A stretch of 64,000 nt of DNA from Phaeosaccion multiseriatum (Eukaryota; Protista; Ochrophyta, other classes). Location of the stretch: NCBI GenBank assembly GCA_965112735.1, contig OZ218952.1, positions 1,860,001 to 1,924,000 on the forward strand, in the 5' to 3' direction. This document shows, one piece after another, positions 62,493-64,000 of the stretch. The translations under genes were made by a program, and so were the position numbers. The first letter of the stretch is position 1. Every line of letters starts with the position of its first letter. A model generated the notes under the pieces. That model made no database searches, was not told the DNA's origin, and saw nothing but the letters and a program-made list of their open reading frames with translations.

Positions 62493-63848
62493 GTGCGTAG
62501 AATTGAAGCTGTGGACTATTAGACGGGAAAGGGTAGCCATGGGCCCCGTCTGCCCTTTGGCGCCTTGTATCTGCTGCTCCGGGAAATGGTTATGTGAAAA
62601 GAGGGGGAGGTTGTACCCGCTGCTTGCAAGCCCCCCAAAAGGCTGCAAGATCTGGTAGCCTCTCCCTCTTATAGGGCTTCTGCTCGAAGTGCTTGGGATT
62701 TATGCTGATGGGCTGCATCGCTGAGCATGTTGCGCGTCGAGCACATCTCATCTTGACCAGTTGCACGGCTTCCTTCTGTGGCGTTTCCATTGTCTCACTC
62801 TACCTCTGACTCTCTCTCTCTCTCTCTCTCTTGTCCCCCCATCCTGCTACACCTGGAACTGCTCTCCCTTCTCTCTCTCGTTCCCTCCCTCTCTGTCTTT
62901 GTGTCTCTCTCCCACCTACTTCTGCTGTAGGTGGTACTTTCTGCAGGTATCACCACCAAGAATGGCAAGCCCCTTTTAGCTCGGCAGTTCGTGGACATGA
63001 GCCGCATCCGAATCGAAGGTGAGCAGCAGCCAGCAGCAGCAGTAAGTGCAGCAAGGCACTAGCAGCGCAGGCTTCAGTACCGCGTGGGTGCGTCCCGGCA
63101 CACAGAAAGCCAAGCCTGGTTGACCCTAGTGCATGCGGCACACAGGGGTTGCGGGCAGGGCTGTTACTGGGGTCTATCGTGGAATGAGGGGGAAGCGCAA
63201 GAAGAAGGAAGGGTGGAATGAGCGAGCGAGTGTTAAGAGAAGCAGCCGGGAGCGCTGTCCGCTATGGGAAGGAAGGAGGTCCTTTCGCCCCCTGACATTC
63301 GTTTGTGCTTCGCTGTTAATCTTGCGCCCCTCTTTGCTGCCTGCGGTGGGTGGCCCCTTATGATGTGAAATGAATACTTAATGCTCAGGGCTAATGGCGG
63401 CATTCCCCAAGCTCATGGGCACGGGTAACAAGCAGCACACCTTTATTGAGACGGAGAGTGTGCGCTATGTGTATCAGCCCATCGAGAGCTTGTTCCTCCT
63501 CCTCATCACCAACAAGGCCAGCAACATTGTGGAGGACCTAGAAACCCTCCGGCTGCTCTCTAAGCGTAAGTCTAAGTCTGGGTGGCAGTGGTGGTGTTGT
63601 TGTTGTTGTTGTTGTGCTGCAGTGGTGTTGTTGTTGTTGCTGTCCTGCAGTGGTGATAATGTGATGTCTGTGCATGTGTGTGCCAATGCCCAATCAGTCC
63701 CAGTCAGCGTGTAGAAGGCCCGCTGCCCCTGCTCCCCCTTCCCTCTTGGCCCATGTCTACCTACTTTCGCTGCCCCTCCCAATCCAACCCTACCCTTCCC
63801 TGCCTGCCCCTGCTTCTATGACTCCTGCCCTGTGCGCCTGTGCTACCG

Positions 63849-63886
<38 letters not shown>

Positions 63887-64000
63887 GCTGCTGCTACTAC
63901 TACTACTACTACTACTCCTGCTACTACTGCTACTACTACTCTACTACTACTACTGCTACTTCCGGCACTGGTATACAACACAACAGTTGTGCCCGATGTG
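62490..64000 (+). CDS. ARCN1: Coatomer subunit delta (5' part; runs off the right edge)
   Basis: Exons 62931-63018 [29 protein letters not shown], 63389-63565 [40 protein letters not shown], and 63987- (L)VPDV. The first coding exon is ATG only, at 62490-62492 or 62586-62588. Confidence 0.95.
63848..63960 (+). repeat. (CTA)n microsatellite in a delta-COP intron
   Basis: Direct observation. Confidence 0.9.

Overview
Intron-rich eukaryotic nuclear DNA from a photosynthetic stramenopile (ochrophyte). The evidence is an LHC gene with an ASAF-type bipartite plastid leader, a Sig/mastigoneme-type EGF gene, and spliceosomal introns full of microsatellites. Most ORF-track entries are spurious; the real genes are spliced. 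Bases 1-43.7 kb are a compact array, often in head-to-head pairs: Cys/His zinc-finger protein, DUF1647-like glycosyltransferase, aquaporin, RPA1, eIF3k, RPL13a, organellar L17, Sig-like EGF protein, Lhcx-like LHC, MTR4, PPR protein, a pyridoxal kinase-HAD phosphatase fusion and an ankyrin protein. Bases 43742-62492 form an ~18.75 kb island bounded by long, slightly diverged inverted arms, with a near-perfect 6-bp flanking duplication. Each arm carries one copy of a secreted, RXL-processed, poly-Ser/(Lys-Gly)-repeat silaffin-like peptide gene built from micro-exons. The interior holds a nested 5.1 kb TIR element, a MITE, a non-LTR endonuclease relic and a large secreted bacterial-type PQQ glucose/sorbosone dehydrogenase-PKD protein with exon-duplicated Cys-rich repeats. 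Delta-COP begins at the right edge of the island. All exon models and family calls were read by eye; no database search was run.
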